A stretch of DNA of 64,000 nt, from NCBI RefSeq assembly GCF_009914755.1, contig NC_060941.1. One strand, given 5' to 3'. A program made the position numbers and the translations under genes. Positions 1 through 25,597 of the stretch are shown in pieces. Each line of letters begins with the position of its first letter. Within the stretch, counting starts at the first letter, position 1. The DNA is from the human T2T-CHM13v2.0 reference genome, Homo sapiens. The notes beneath the pieces were generated by a model. The model worked only from the letters and a program-made list of their open reading frames with translations, was not told the DNA's origin and made no database searches.

Positions 1-35
1 TGTATGTTGAAGCCCTAACCCTCAGTATCATTGTA

Positions 36-1106
<1,071 letters not shown>

Positions 1107-1264
1107 ATATGTGGAGATGGAGTCTTTGACAGGTAATTAGGTTTAGATGAGCTCAGGAGGGTAGAAGCATCAGGATAGGACTAGTGCCTTATAAGAAGAG
1201 ACACAGGAGAGCTTGTTCTTGCTCTTTTTCCACCATGCAAGGACACAGTGTGAAAAGTGGCCAT

Positions 1265-1339
1265 GGGGCACATGTTCTCAGGACCTCCTCGAGCTGTGTC
1301 ATGGGGGAAAAAAAAAAAAAAAGGAAAGAAAGAGAGAAA
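1265..1339 (+). mobile_element. Tiny A-tailed retrocopy of a MER4-group LTR segment
   Basis: ~43-nt body gggcacatgttctcaggacctcc...tgtgtcatggg, A-rich tail, TSD-like gaaaa(g)tggccat at 1252-1264 and 1340-1351. Confidence 0.7.
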
Positions 1340-1719
1340 GAAAATGGCCATCTTCAAGCCAGGAAGAGAGCCCTCACCAGAACTCGACCATGCTGGCACC
1401 CTGATCTTGAACTTTCAGCCGCCAAAACTGGGAAGAAAGTTTCTGTTATTTAAGCCACCCAGTCTATGGTATTTTGTTACGGCAGCCAGACCTAACTAAG
1501 ACACCCACCAAAACAAATAAACAAAAACAAAACCTGTACTTGTTGGTAGTCAACTCCCCTTTCCCCAGCACCTCCTCCACAGGTCTAGGCAACCGTTGAA
1601 CTATTTTCTGTCACTACAGATTTTCCTATTCTGTACATCTCATAAAAATGGAATCATACAGCTTGTGGTCTTTTGTGACTGGCTTCATTCACCTAGCATA
1701 ATGTTAAACAAAAAATAAC

Positions 1720-3390
<1,671 letters not shown>

Positions 3391-3399
3391 AAGAAAGCA

Positions 3400-4420
3400 A
3401 GCATGTTCCCATGCTTCCACCAGGGAACACAAGAATGGTTCCATTGAACTGGAAGTTGACACTGTCTCCTAGACTTTTGGGGCTTTTCTACCATTGAATA
3501 ATCAGGAAAAAGATGAGATCAAAATATTGGATCATTATTGGTTATTGATCCTGATTTTCAAAAATGTGAAATAGAAGAAATAGGGTTGCTGCTGTACAAT
3601 GGGAGCAAAAAAAAAGAGCTACTTAGAATCTAGGGGAATATCTTGCAGATGGCTCCTAATATCATATTTAGGGGTTAAAAGTTAATAGAAAGCAACCTCA
3701 TAAGGGCACCAAGGGCCCAGATTCTTTAGAAATAAAGGTCTGGGTCACACCACCAGATGAAGAGCTGCTGGGCTGAGTTGCTGGGCTGAGCTGCTGGTTG
3801 TGAGCTAAGAGAGCATGGAATGAGTAGTGGAAGGAGGAAATTACAAAGATCAACTCTGGCCTAGCGATCAGTTGCATAAATGAGGACTATAGTATGCACC
3901 CATATTTTCTTATTTGCTGTGTTGACATTTTTTATGAATTTTCCCCATTTTATAAAAATATTTATTTTTTGTTAGTTAACTTTACAATCTATTTGCAGAA
4001 TACCAAGGCAGGACTATGACAGAATTAAAAGAAAATGGGACATTACCCAGAGATCCTAGTCTTGGAGCTAGATGCAGTAAGTCTTGGGGCTTTCAAATGT
4101 CCTCCTATGGGGGGAAGAGTAAGTTCATTTTCATTTGTACACAGGATAAATAAATTATGAGTTAGAAGAGTTTGTTGTTATTGTTTTGGGAATTTAAATA
4201 TGAAAGCAGATGTTGGGCAGCCAAGGGGAGGAGTGCAGTGAACATGCATCATGCTTTGTGTATCTTCTGAATAGGTTTTCTATTTGGGGAAAACTAGGAT
4301 CTTTTGAATAGCTTTCCTATTTGGGGGGCATTCCTGACATTATGCAGTTCATCTTACCAACAGAGGAGCTAGAATTTCTTTTCCCTTGCTGCTAGAACTC
4401 AGGCTGTGACTGAGGCTCTA
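3400..4420 (+). mobile_element. ERVL-type internal 3' region, PPT and start of 3' LTR (LTR33/LTR16-like)
   Basis: ERVL pol-end-like sequence; PPT gccaaggggaggag followed by TG at ~4233. Confidence 0.55.
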
Positions 4421-4424
4421 TACT

Positions 4425-6985
<2,561 letters not shown>

Positions 6986-7047
6986 ATCAAGATTGCCCTC
7001 ACCAATCTATTGAGGCCTCGAACAGAACAACAGGGCAGAGTAAAGGT

Positions 7048-8287
7048 GTAACAAAACAAAACAAAACAACAACAACAAAAAACTTTGCTTTTCCTATTTT
7101 CTACTCTCACTCAGTACAATATTTCTGACATTGGATGTGTGGAGTTATTTTCCCCACACACCAAGCAGTCAATTCTCTGGTGGACATCAACTGGATGGCC
7201 TATAATTCAATTCAATTCTGACACTATCTGCCTGGAGATAGTGTCAGATCCTACAGGTTGAGGGCTCAATCCCACAAGAATACCCCCCATTTCAGATACC
7301 AGTCACAAGTAATAAGTTGTCATCTATACTTCTGACCAATCAGATATAAACTGGGGTTTCTACCATCTCCTTCTCAGGTTCAATTAATTTGATAAGACAG
7401 CTCCCACAGAACTCAGGAAAATACTTACAATTACCCATTTATTTACTTATTTGTTTATTTAAGTAGTCATCATCATTGGATACCCATTTATTCTAAAGAA
7501 TATCACGGCCAGGTGCAGTGGCTCATGCCTGGAATCTCAGAACTTTGGGAGGCCAAGGCAGGAGGATCAGACCAGTCTCAGGAGTTTGAAACCACCCTGG
7601 GCAATATGGCAAAACCCCATCTCTACAAAAAATAAAAAAATTAGCCAGGCATGGAGGCACACACCTGTGGTCCCAGCTACTCATGAGGCCGAGGTGGAAG
7701 GATCACTTGAGGCCGGGAGGTTAGGGATGCAGTGAGCCAAGATCATGCCACTGCACTCCAGCCTGGGCAGCAGAGCAAGGCCCTGCCTCAATAAAATAAA
7801 ATTAAAATTAAATTAAATTAAAAGGGATTTCACAAAGGATACAGATGAGCAGCCACATGGAAGAGATGCATAGGGCAACGCATGTGGGAAGAGCACGGAG
7901 CTTTCATGCCGTCTCCAGGCTCACCACCCTCCAAGCACCTTCAACATGTTCAGCTATTTGGAAGCTCTCCAAACCAATTCCTTTTGGGTTTTTATGGAAG
8001 CTTCATTGTGTAAACATAATTGATTAAATCATTGGCCATTGGTGACCAACTCAAGCTTTAACCCATCTCCCCTCCTGAGAGGTTGGGGGTGGGAGTGAAA
8101 GTTCCAACCCTCTAATCATGCCTTGGTTTTTCTGGTGACCAGCCCCTATCCTGAAGTTCCCTGGGAGTCGTCAGCCGCCTCATTAGGATACAAAAGATGC
8201 TCTTATCACTGTGGAGATTCCAAGGGTTTTAGAAGTTGTGGGCCAGGAAACAGGGACAAAACCAAATATATATTTCACAATATCACA
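7048..8287. mobile_element. MER21-like LTR containing an AluJ (7507-7822)
   Basis: Contains aattcaattcaattctgacactatct..tggagatagtgtcagatcc; TG...CA ends. Confidence 0.7.
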
Positions 8288-8511
8288 AACAGGAAATTCT
8301 CTTCCTCTCTTCTTGAACTGGGACATCCATCTTCTCCTGCCCTGGGACATCAGAGTTCCCGGTTCTCAGTCCTGCCAGACTACTGGACTTACACCAGAGC
8401 CTCCCAACCTCCACCCCCTCTCATCAGGCATCCTTACTTGGACTGGGAGTTACATCATCAGGTCTCCTGGTTCCCAGGCCTTCGGGTTCAAACTGAATTA
8501 CACGCTGGCTT

Positions 8512-9205
<694 letters not shown>

Positions 9206-9250
9206 CCTTCCTGGTTCTCCAGCTTATAGATGACAGATGGTGGGACTTCT

Positions 9251-11494
9251 TTTTTTTTTTTTTTTTTTTTTAAATTTATTTTTTTATTGATAATTCTTGG
9301 GTGTTTCTCACAGAGGGGGATTTGGCAGGGTCATGGGACAATAGTGGAGGGAAGGTCAGCAGATAAACAAGTGAACAAAGGTCTCTGGTTTTCCTAGGCA
9401 GAGGACCCTGCGGCCTTCCGCAGTGTTTGTGTCCCTGATTACTTGAGATTAGGGATGGGTGATGACTCTTAACGAGCATGCTGCCTTCAAGCATCTGTTT
9501 AACAAAGCACATCTTGCACCGCCCTTAATCCATTTAACCCTGAGTGGACACAGCACATGTTTCAGAGAGCACAGGGTTGGGGGTAAGGTCACAGATCAAC
9601 AGGATCCCAAGGCAGAGGAATTTTTCTTAGTGCAGAACAAAATGAAAAGTCTCCCATGTCTACTTCTTTCTACACAGACACGGCAACCATCCGATTTCTC
9701 AATCTTTTCCCCACCTTTCCCGCCTTTCCATTCCACAAAGCCGCCATTGTCATCCTGGCCCGTTCTCAATGAGCTGTTAGGCACACCTCCCAGACGGGGT
9801 GGTGGCCGGGCAGAGGGGCTCCTCACTTCCCAGTAGGGGCGGCCGGGCAGAGGCGCCCCTCACCTCCCGGACGGGGCGGCTGGCCGGGCAGGGGGGCTGA
9901 CCCCCCCCCCCACCTCCCTCCCGGACGGGGCGGCTGGCCGGGCGGGGGGCTGACCCCCCAACCTCCCTCCCGGACGGGGCGGCTGGCCGGGCAGAGGGGC
10001 TCCTCACTTCCCAGTAGGGGCGGCCGGGCAGAGGCGCCCCTCACCTCCCGGACGGGGCGGCTGGCCGGGCGGGGGGCCGACCCCCCCACCTCCCTCCCGG
10101 ACGGGGCGGCTGGCCGGGCGGGGGGCCGACCCCCCCACCTCCCTCCCGGACGGGGCGGCTGGCCGGGCAGAGGGGCTCCTCACTTCCCAGTAGGGGCGGC
10201 CGGGCAGAGGCGCCCCTCACCTCCCGGACAGGGCGGCTGGCTGGGCAGGGGGGCTGACCCCCCCCCACCTCCCTCCCGGACGGGGCGGCTGGCCGGGCGG
10301 GGGGCTGACCCCCCCACCTCCCTCCCGGACGGGGCGGCTGGCCGGGCAGAGGGGCTCCTCACTTCCCAGTAGGGGCGGCCAGGCAGAGGCGCCCCTCACC
10401 TCCCGGACGGGGCAGCTGGCCGGGCAGGGGGGCCGACCCCCCCCCACCTCCCTCCCGGACGGGGCGGCTGGCCGGGCGGGGGGCCGACCCCCCCACCTCC
10501 CTCCCGGACGGGGCGGCTGGCCGGGCGGGGGGCCGACCCCCCCACCTCCCTCCCGGACGGGGCGGCTGGCCGGGCAGAGGGGCTCCTCACTTCCCAGTAG
10601 GGGCGGCCGGGCAGAGGCGCCCCTCACCTCCCAGACGGGGCGGCTGGCCGGGCGGAGGGCTGACCCCCCCACCTCCCTCCCGGACAGGGCGGCTGGCCGG
10701 GCGGGGGGCTGACCCCCCCACCTCCCTCCCGGACGGGGCAGCTGGCCGGGCAGAGGGGCTCCTCACTTCCCAGTAGGGGCAGCTGGGCAGAGGCGCCCCT
10801 CACCTCCCAGACGGGGCGGCTGGCCGGGCGGAGGGCTGACCCCCCCACCTCCCTCCCGGACGGGGCTGCTGGCCAGGCGGGGGGCTGACCCCCTACCTCC
10901 CTCCCGGACGGGGCGGCTGGCCGGGTGGGGGGGCTGACCCCCCCATCTCCCTCCCAGACGGGGTGGCTGGCCGGGCTGAGGGGCTCCTCACTTCCCAGTA
11001 GGGGCGGCCGGGCAGAGGCGCCCCTCACCTCCCGGACGGGGCGGCTGGCCGGACGGGGGGCTGACCCCCCCACCTCCCTCCCGGACGGCACGGCTGGCCA
11101 GGCGGGGGGCTGACCCCCCCACCTCCCTCCCGGATGGCACGGCTGGCCGGGCGGGGGGGCTGACCCCCCACCTCCCTCCCGGATGGGGCGGCTGGCCGGG
11201 CGGGGGGCTGACCCCCCCACCTCCCTCCCGGACGGGGTGGCTGCCGGGCGGAGACACTCCTCACTTCCCAGATGGGGTGGCTGCCGGGCGGAGAGGCTCC
11301 TCACTTCTCAGACGGGGCAGCTGCCGGGCGGAGGGGCTCCTCACTTCTCAGACGGGGTGGTTGCCAGGCAGAGGGTCTCCTCACTTCTCAGACGGGGCGG
11401 CCGGGCAGAGACACTCCTCACTTCCCAGACGGGGTCTCGGCCGGGCAGAGGCGCTCCTCACATCCCAGATGGGGCGGCGGGGCAGAGGCGCTCC
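9251..11494 (-). mobile_element. SVA, 5'-truncated within the VNTR, SVA_F-like
   Basis: Poly(T) from 9251, SINE-R ~9290-9790, GC-rich VNTR to 11494. Perfect 15-bp TSD GATGGTGGGACTTCT at 9236-9250 and 11495-11509. Diagnostic-like variants gaattatcaataaa and aagtaatcaggg. Confidence 0.95.
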
Positions 11495-11642
11495 GATGGT
11501 GGGACTTCTCAGCCTCCATAGTTGCATGAGCCAATTCCCATAACACATCTCTTTATACATGTATACATTTGTATAAATAGACGTGTGTGTGTGTGTGTGT
11601 GTGTGTTTATAGTCTGTTTCTCTGGAGAACGCTGACAATACA

Positions 11643-12885
<1,243 letters not shown>

Positions 12886-13160
12886 GCAATCATTTTGCTG
12901 CATTCATTTAAGAGTGTACTGATGTACTGTGAAGATTCCTCCATGTACCTTCATATAGGCCGTTCTTTTTAATGGCTGCATAATATTTCATTGTACAGAT
13001 ACTTCATAATTTATATATGTAATCCTTAACTATTAAAAATAAAGTTTTAATGAATATTCTTGTACAAAAAAAGTTTGGACATTTGAATAAGTCTGCAGGA
13101 TAGATTTCCTAGAAGGAAGATTCCTGAGTCAAAGGAATTTGCATTTAAAATTGGGATAAA

Positions 13161-15114
<1,954 letters not shown>

Positions 15115-15301
15115 AAAATTAGGATAGTTACTGTTTTGTTTTTGTTTTTATTTTTTGTTTCATTTTTTATTTTTTGAGATAGTCACTGTTAAATTGCTTC
15201 CAGAAAGGTCATACAAATTTATAGTACCACTCAAAAGTTAGCCCATTTCCCCCTGCAATCACCAATTCTTTAAATTTTTTTCTAATCTGTTAGGCAAATA
15301 A

Positions 15302-15693
<392 letters not shown>

Positions 15694-16291
15694 TCAAATC
15701 CTTTTTCCTATTGGACTTTCAGCCATTTTCTTAGTGATTTGTAGGAGTTTTTCATATTTTATATATACTTTGCTTTGGCTCTTCCACATATTTTTCTTCC
15801 CAGCAAGTTCGTGTCTCAACTTTGTTTAAGAGTCTTTAGTCTTAGAGAAGTATAAAATATTTGTTATTAGGTACAGTTTAAGTCTTGCATTTCAGTTTGT
15901 TTACTTCTTTGTTTCAAAAAGGACTTTCAGGGCCTATGAGACTACACAAGATGAATAAGTTCAGGCAAGGGCAGACTAAAGGTGGAATATAAAGATGTGG
16001 CCCCAAGATAACTTAAAAGCCACAAACGCCTCCAATCTGGGCGGCACAAGTTCATGCTTGGTCAGGAGGGTTGATGCCTTTGTTCAGGGCACCCTGATTG
16101 GGGCTGGCACTGTAGCAGCGGCTTGGAGATACTGCTCACCTGTTAGGTGCGTAGCTGGGCTGCCCGGTCCCACCCATCCCTGGCCATGCCCCCACCCCAC
16201 CCTCAAGCTGCGCCTGGGCTGGGAATCCTGTGGTGGCCCATGCCTCCTACATGTGACGCCCATGCCTCCTGCGTGTGGCTCTGAGAAATGA

Positions 16292-16558
<267 letters not shown>

Positions 16559-16632
16559 TGACACGGCTCCCAGTTTGGCTTACTTTACCAAAGACCCACT
16601 TTCCCAATCTCTAGCTGCTACTAAGACCTTAA

Positions 16633-17024
<392 letters not shown>

Positions 17025-17405
17025 TAAAGGAAGAAAGCTGAGAGGAGAAATAGAGAACTTCTGCCTCTCTGTGCCTCCAACTCCAAATAGGTCTTCGGCT
17101 GCAGGTAGAATTTTAACAACCCAAGAGGCTCTTTGGAAGGCTGGCTCTTAGAGGATTGGGGGAATCCAGATTTTTTGTGTGGGGGCCGGGGGAATCCAGA
17201 TTTGAATGAGGTACTTCTTTGATCAGTGAAGCTGGGTTAGGTGTTGTTAAATATCCCATGACCCACTAAATATGGATCCCAACACTTAGCATGGTCTTTA
17301 ACTGCATATTTATTTTTGTCATTATTTAATAGTCTGTCTCCCTCACCAAACCATAAACTCCCCTAGGTTTGTCCCCATTGCCCAGCATAGTGCCTGACAC
17401 CCTAA

Positions 17406-17771
<366 letters not shown>

Positions 17772-17827
17772 TGATGGTTGAATGGATACATTCTGCTCAC
17801 CAGAGATTTTGATAGACTCTCACTCAA

Positions 17828-18482
17828 TGATAAAGCCCAGTAACTAAATAGCACCAGGAGCACACCTGTAATTGAACAAAGTTAGGTTTCTTGACTTGCT
17901 GCAGTGAAGGAGCATACACCGTGGGGGACTGCGGGATGTCTTAGTAAGAGGCAGTGAGGATGGGCTTGTTTGGAATTGTGCTGGGTGATTTTGGAGGGTA
18001 TTTAAGGAAGCAAGAGTTTGTTCTGGGTTGAGCACTGTCGGGAAGCAAGGGCAATTTGATCATTGGGCATCTTAATAATTTTTATCTAGGAGGTAGGAGG
18101 GTCCAAGCAGGGCTAGAGTTGTCGTCGGTTAAAAAAAAAAAAAGAAAGAAAATGGTAGTCACTCATGTTTGCCAAGGGAGAAGGATGCTTGGTCATTTTG
18201 AGTGTCATAGTGTCCTTGATCTTGCCTTGTTCTATCATGGTCACAGAGAAGCCTCATCTGATGTCAATATTCTGTGATATTTTGTCATGTTCAGCAAAGA
18301 ACATGACAGCCTAGCTGTTGGTTGCCAGGCCAGTAGGGTGACCACCCCAGTTTACCTGGGACCAAGGGCTTACCCAGGATGCAGGACTTTCAGTGCTAAA
18401 ACTGGGAGAGTCCTGGGAAACCGAGGACAGTTGGTTACCCTATGGGCCAATTGCAAGCTGTCAGGATTTTTTTCTCTCTCAT
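17828..18482 (-). mobile_element. ERVL-type LTR fragment (MER76-like)
   Basis: Resembles recalled consensus (aattgaacaaagttaggttt..gacttgctgcag); boundaries approximate. Confidence 0.45.
18334..18442. mobile_element. MER81-like hAT-Blackjack MITE
   Basis: Terminal inverted repeats tagggtgacca...tggttacccta, ~110 bp. Confidence 0.8.
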
Positions 18483-18500
18483 TAGGTATAATGATATTAA

Positions 18501-19016
<516 letters not shown>

Positions 19017-19527
19017 TAGTAAACCCAGAGGGGACCATTAAGTGGGCCTGTCTGATTGATACTGGGATTAGAAAGGAAAGTTGAGGCAGATTATGGAGGA
19101 AGGACTTTGAATTGCAAACAAAAAGATGTTGTGATGTCATGGAAAAAGCCCTGGAATTGGAATTGAATGATCCTGAGATTATATCACAGCTCTGCAACTT
19201 ACTAGCTGTGTGACCTAGGTCAGTTGGCTTAACCTTTCTGTGCTTCAGTTTTCCTATCCATAAAACAGGATGTTGCAGGGATGTAACTAAGTTCTAGAAT
19301 GTTGTAGGTGCTTAATCACAAGCCACAACTGTTGTTAGTGTGAAGCATATGTGGAGGCTAAAGGTATTTTAATGGAGCCTTGACCTCCCTAAAGTAGTGT
19401 TTCAGTGGAGAAAGAAGTACCTTTTTTTTTTTGTTTTTTGAGTCAGAGTCTCACTCTGTTGCCCAGGCTAGAGTGCTGGTGGTACGATCTCGGCTCACTG
19501 CAACCTCCACCTCCCAGGTTCAAGTAG

Positions 19528-19761
<234 letters not shown>

Positions 19762-22681
19762 TGAGGCCAAGAGACCAAAGCCCAAAGAAGGTAAAAGTAT
19801 TGGCCCTAGGATTGGGTATGGAAGCTGCTGGCATTGCAAGGGGTGTCTAGGAGGAGATGTGAGTCCAGCCAGGGCTAGGAAGGCTTGCTCAGCAGGGACT
19901 CTGCCGACCCTGAGCCAGGGAGCTGTTGTGCAGAATTCCTGAGGAATATGAGATTTTATTTGCATGTTATGCAAAACAGGGCCACATTTTGCCAGAAAGC
20001 CACTGTTCAGGGCCCTTGCCATCATCTGTGCCACCCAGCATCTCAATGGGCCTTTCCTCTTAGCGGGGCACAGGTGCCAGCACCCTCAGCAACCTTTTGG
20101 TATTGCCAAGGAGGGGCTCAAGGTTGCCAGAAAGAGTGCTAAACTGGCAGTTGAAGGATCTGGGTTCAAGTCCTCACTTGGCCACTTACTAGCCATGAGC
20201 CTTGAGCCAGTCATGTTCCTTTTCTGAGGCCTGAGTTTCCCCCTCTGTTCAATGATAATAGTATCAATTTCAAACAACATGATCCGAGTTCAATGCAAGA
20301 ATGAGTGTGAAAATGCTTAGCTGGGGCTTGGCCCACAGTGGGGACTCACTAATGTTGACAAATTGTTAAAGTAAAATTAATAGAGGGAGACCCCTGAGTT
20401 CTAGGCCAGGATGTGCCAAATGTGTGTGACCTTCAAAAGTCTCCCAACTTCTCCGAGCCTCAGTTTCCTCAGCATGAAATGAAGAAATTGGCCTGGATCA
20501 TCTCTAGCCTCTTTTCCAGCTCTACTCCCCAGCACTCTGGGATGGGAACTATCAGCGTACCTTCCCTAAGGGCACACATACAGTGTTCAGGGTGTCAAGG
20601 TTGGGGAGAGACACAGAGCGTGGATGCCCTTCTGCCCTAGGGACCTGTAGGCTTTGCAAATTAAATGGTAAGAGGCTCCACTATGACATCTTGGTGAAGG
20701 AAGAAGGTCAGTATGTGTGTATGGGGTGGGGGAAGGGTAGAGTACTGGATGCTTGAAAAGGGGACCAGGGGATCCATCTGTCAGTCATGTGTGGTCGATC
20801 TGTCAGCCACCACCATCGTTCAGACCCCTGTTCCAAGAAGAGCACTGGGCACATGGAGTGCTGCACACGTGGCGGTCCGCATTGAGCTACCCACCCAAGG
20901 TGCGTGATTCAGATCCCAGCTCTGCTCTCCAGACTCCCAGCCCCGCTGGGGGCATGCCAAGGACAAATCCTTACCACCAAAAGTAAGTATGGTCTGTGCC
21001 AAAAACCAGAGCAGTATGTCCTCAAAGGGGCTTGGGAACAGTGTCATCAAGATGGGCCACAATATCAGGCAAGGGTGGCAGGTGGGAGCTGCTCCTGAGG
21101 GATGAGAAAGTTCTCCTCCTGGAGGGAAAAGGAGGCAGGCAACACAAGCCGGAAGTCAAGGCTCTGTGCAGCCAGGGAGGGGAGAGCGTGGGAGTCCCAA
21201 GGATGCTGAGCCAGGGGGGTGCACGCCTGTGCCTGTGGAAGTTGGAGAGTGGAGTTGCAAGCAGAGGCTGAGGAGGAAGGGGAGGAGAAGGAAATCAGCT
21301 TTTGCTCAGGGCCGAACGCGTGCCAGGCACTCTTCATGAATCTTCTCACATAAACCGCGCACCTTCCAGGTATTTTTCCTATGCTCATTCTACAGATGAG
21401 GAGCTGAGACTCGCAAAGACCAGGAACAGGTGGCATAGGCAGTGGGGAGCAGAGCCAGGGTTAGAAGTGGGGTCCAGAACCCCAGGACCCCCTCCCCACC
21501 TCGTCTGCTTTGAAGCTCCTCCTAGGCTTCCAGGAGAGGAGGATTCTTTGGCAAGAGGGGAAGGACTAATGAAGCGTCGCTCCTCTTCCAGGCAGCCTTC
21601 CCAGTCAGGCAGCTCTTCTAGTCAGAGAGCTCCACGGTTCAAACAGTGCAGAGTAGCTCAGCTTATCTTATCGCCACACAACCCAGGGCAACATGATTCA
21701 ACCCTGCTGCTTTTGGTGAAAGGTCTTTCACAGAAACTCTGCTCATCACAAACATGGGCTCCCTTGGCTCCCTGTTAGGCAGAGTGTCTTCCCTGCCTCC
21801 TTGCCTTCAGGGTCAGAACATATGACAGGAGGGAGACTTTGTCACTATCACTGCCACTGTGGGGAGAGGCTTGGTCAGAGCACTGCTGTGATTTGTCAAC
21901 AGCACTTAATCTCTTGGGAAAATAAACTGAAGCTGAACTCTCTTAACCCTGAGATTTAAGGGACCCTGGAGAAGGGCTGCATCTGCCCACTGCTGGCCAC
22001 TGAGAAATGACAATCGCTACTGTTTATGAAGTGTCCACCCAGGGCAGGCCCTTTGCATAGTGTTTCTAGTTTGATGTTTCTAGCATCAAATCTTCTCTCT
22101 TGACTACATGTCCAGTTTTCCCCTGCTTTACAGAGAGAGAACTGAGAAACATTGCATTCAAAGCCAGATCTGTTTGATTCCAAAACTCTGTGTTTGCTGA
22201 ATGAATGAATACATGGGTAGATAAGGAATGAATGGAATCAGGTTCAGGGACCCAAAGATTGGAAGCCAGCATTAATCTTACCACCTCCTCCTATCTCTAG
22301 GGCCTCCTCACAACATTGAGCTAGGTGAAATCAGCTTAAAATAAATACCAAACGAAAGTTTAAATAGAAAACAAAGAGAGAAAGAGTCCTCAAAAGAGCT
22401 GGGCATGTGTCATCTAAGGACACAATCGACAGAATAAAAAGGCAACCTACAGAATGGAAGAAAATATTTGTAAACCATACGTCTGAGAAGGGGTTAATAT
22501 CCAGAATATATAAAGAACTCTTACAATCCAACAACAACAAAAAACAAGTAACCCAATTTAAAAATTAGCAGACGGTTTCAATAGACATTCTCCAAAGAAG
22601 ATATACAAGTGGACAAGTATATGAAAAGTTGCTCAACACCACTAATCACTAAGGAAATGCAAGTCTAAACCACAACGAAAT

Positions 22682-22732
22682 ATCTTCTCTGCAACATTCC
22701 AATTTTAATATGTGGGCTGCCGAAGCAAGCAC
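22682..22732 (-). pseudogene. 3'-truncated U6 snRNA retrocopy (U6 nt ~1-51)
   Basis: Reverse complement GTGCTTGCTTCGGCAGCCCACATATTAAAATTGGAATGTTGCAGAGAAGAT matches the U6 5' end at ~44/51. Flanked by direct repeats aaaccacaa(c/t)gaaa at 22667-22680 and 22734-22747. Confidence 0.9.
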
Positions 22733-22781
22733 AAAACCACAATGAAACACCACACACCCACTAGGATGGCTGCTGTTTTAA

Positions 22782-23471
<690 letters not shown>

Positions 23472-25026
23472 TAATGAGTATTGTTGAGGCTGTGAGGAAA
23501 TCGGAACCCTTGTGCGCTGTTGGTGGAAATGTAAGATGGTGCAGCTGCTGTGGCAAACTGCATGGCATTTCCTTAAAAAAAAAAAAACGAAACATAGAGC
23601 TACCAGATGATCCAGCAATACTGCTTCTTGGTATATATCCAAAAGAATTGAAAGGAAGGTCTCAAAGAGATATTTGTACACCCACGTTCATAACAGGGTT
23701 ATTCACAATAGCCAAAAGGTGAAAGCAACCCAAATGTCTATTGACAGATGAACGGATAAACAAAATGTGGTATATACATAGAATGGGATGTTATTCAGCC
23801 ATAAAAATGTTGACACATACACAAAATAGATGAATCTTAAGGACATTATGCTAAGTGAAATACACCTTTCACAAAAGACAAATAACCATATGATTTCATT
23901 TCTATGAGGTACTGAGACTAGTCAAACTCAAGGAAACATAAAGTAAAAAAGTAGTTGCCAGGGACTGGGGGAAGGAGGAAATGAGTTGTTTAATGAGTAT
24001 AGAGTTTCAGTTTTGCAAAATGAAAAGTTCTGAAGTTGGTTGCACAGCAGTGTACATATACTTAGCAGCACTGAGCTGTACACTGAAAAAGGTTTCAGGT
24101 GGTCATTAAAATGTGTGTTTTATCACAATGTTTAAAGAGAGCTGGGCCTGGAGACTTAGAAGGAGAAAGAATGGGCCTTGCTACTTGGTGATGCAAGAAG
24201 GTGGTTCTTGGACTGATTGTGTATAAATGAGCCTCGGATCTCTTTTAGGATCAGAATACTCCCTGGGTCCCTGCCCAGCCTCCAACAGGGCTGGCTCTGG
24301 AAGGGTTACTCCCTATCTCCTCATCACGGTCTTGATGGTAATGAAAATCCATTCACTTCTCTGCCTGGTGGTCTGACCAATGGCCCCTATATGTCCGGCC
24401 TGAAGCTCCGGGGACTAGCTCCAGAACATGCTGGAAGGAGGGCTTGGCTCTCTGGCGTAAACCTTACAAATTATCTTATGGGCATCCCATCCACCCATCT
24501 ACCCACCCATCCAGCCATCCATTCTTTCAACACGTACTTGTTGAGTACCAGCTCTGTGCCAGGTCCGTCCAGACAGTCTGTGCCCGGAGGGAGCCTGTAG
24601 TCTTGTGGGGGACAGAGATGGGTTATCAGGAGAATGCAATGCAGCGTGACATGTGTTTTGATATCTAGGGCACTTTGCAGGGGTCCTGATCCTGTCTGTG
24701 ATGAGAGTTCACAAAGAAAGTTCGGTCTTAGGGCTTGAAAGGTAAACAAGACTGAACCAGTAGGGTAAGGAGGAGGAGTCAGGGAGAATATGCTTAGGAG
24801 AAGCAAGAGCGTGGGAACTGCCTGGAGATTTTACAAACTGCAGGACCCAACTGAGGATCTGAAAACAATTGAGTCTGGCATATTGTTGACTGCAGGCAGG
24901 AGTGGTGAGGGCTGAGGCGAAAGAGGAAAGGGAGAACTGGATCTTATAGGGACATTTAGGCACCTTTTGAGCACCTCGCGAGTTGCAGAGGGGGGTGGAT
25001 TTGAACACGTATAAAACAAATTTTGT

Positions 25027-25597
<571 letters not shown>

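Noticed and set aside
9790-11494. Repeat array superficially like CRISPR
   Set aside because: Tandem VNTR units without unique spacers, inside an SVA in human DNA.
9276-11543. Many Pro/Gly/Arg-rich ORFs up to 226 aa
   Set aside because: Open frames through the GC-rich SVA VNTR and SINE-R, not genes.
17157-17203. 16-bp local duplication gggggaatccagattt
   Set aside because: Real but short, with no functional context; likely replication slippage.
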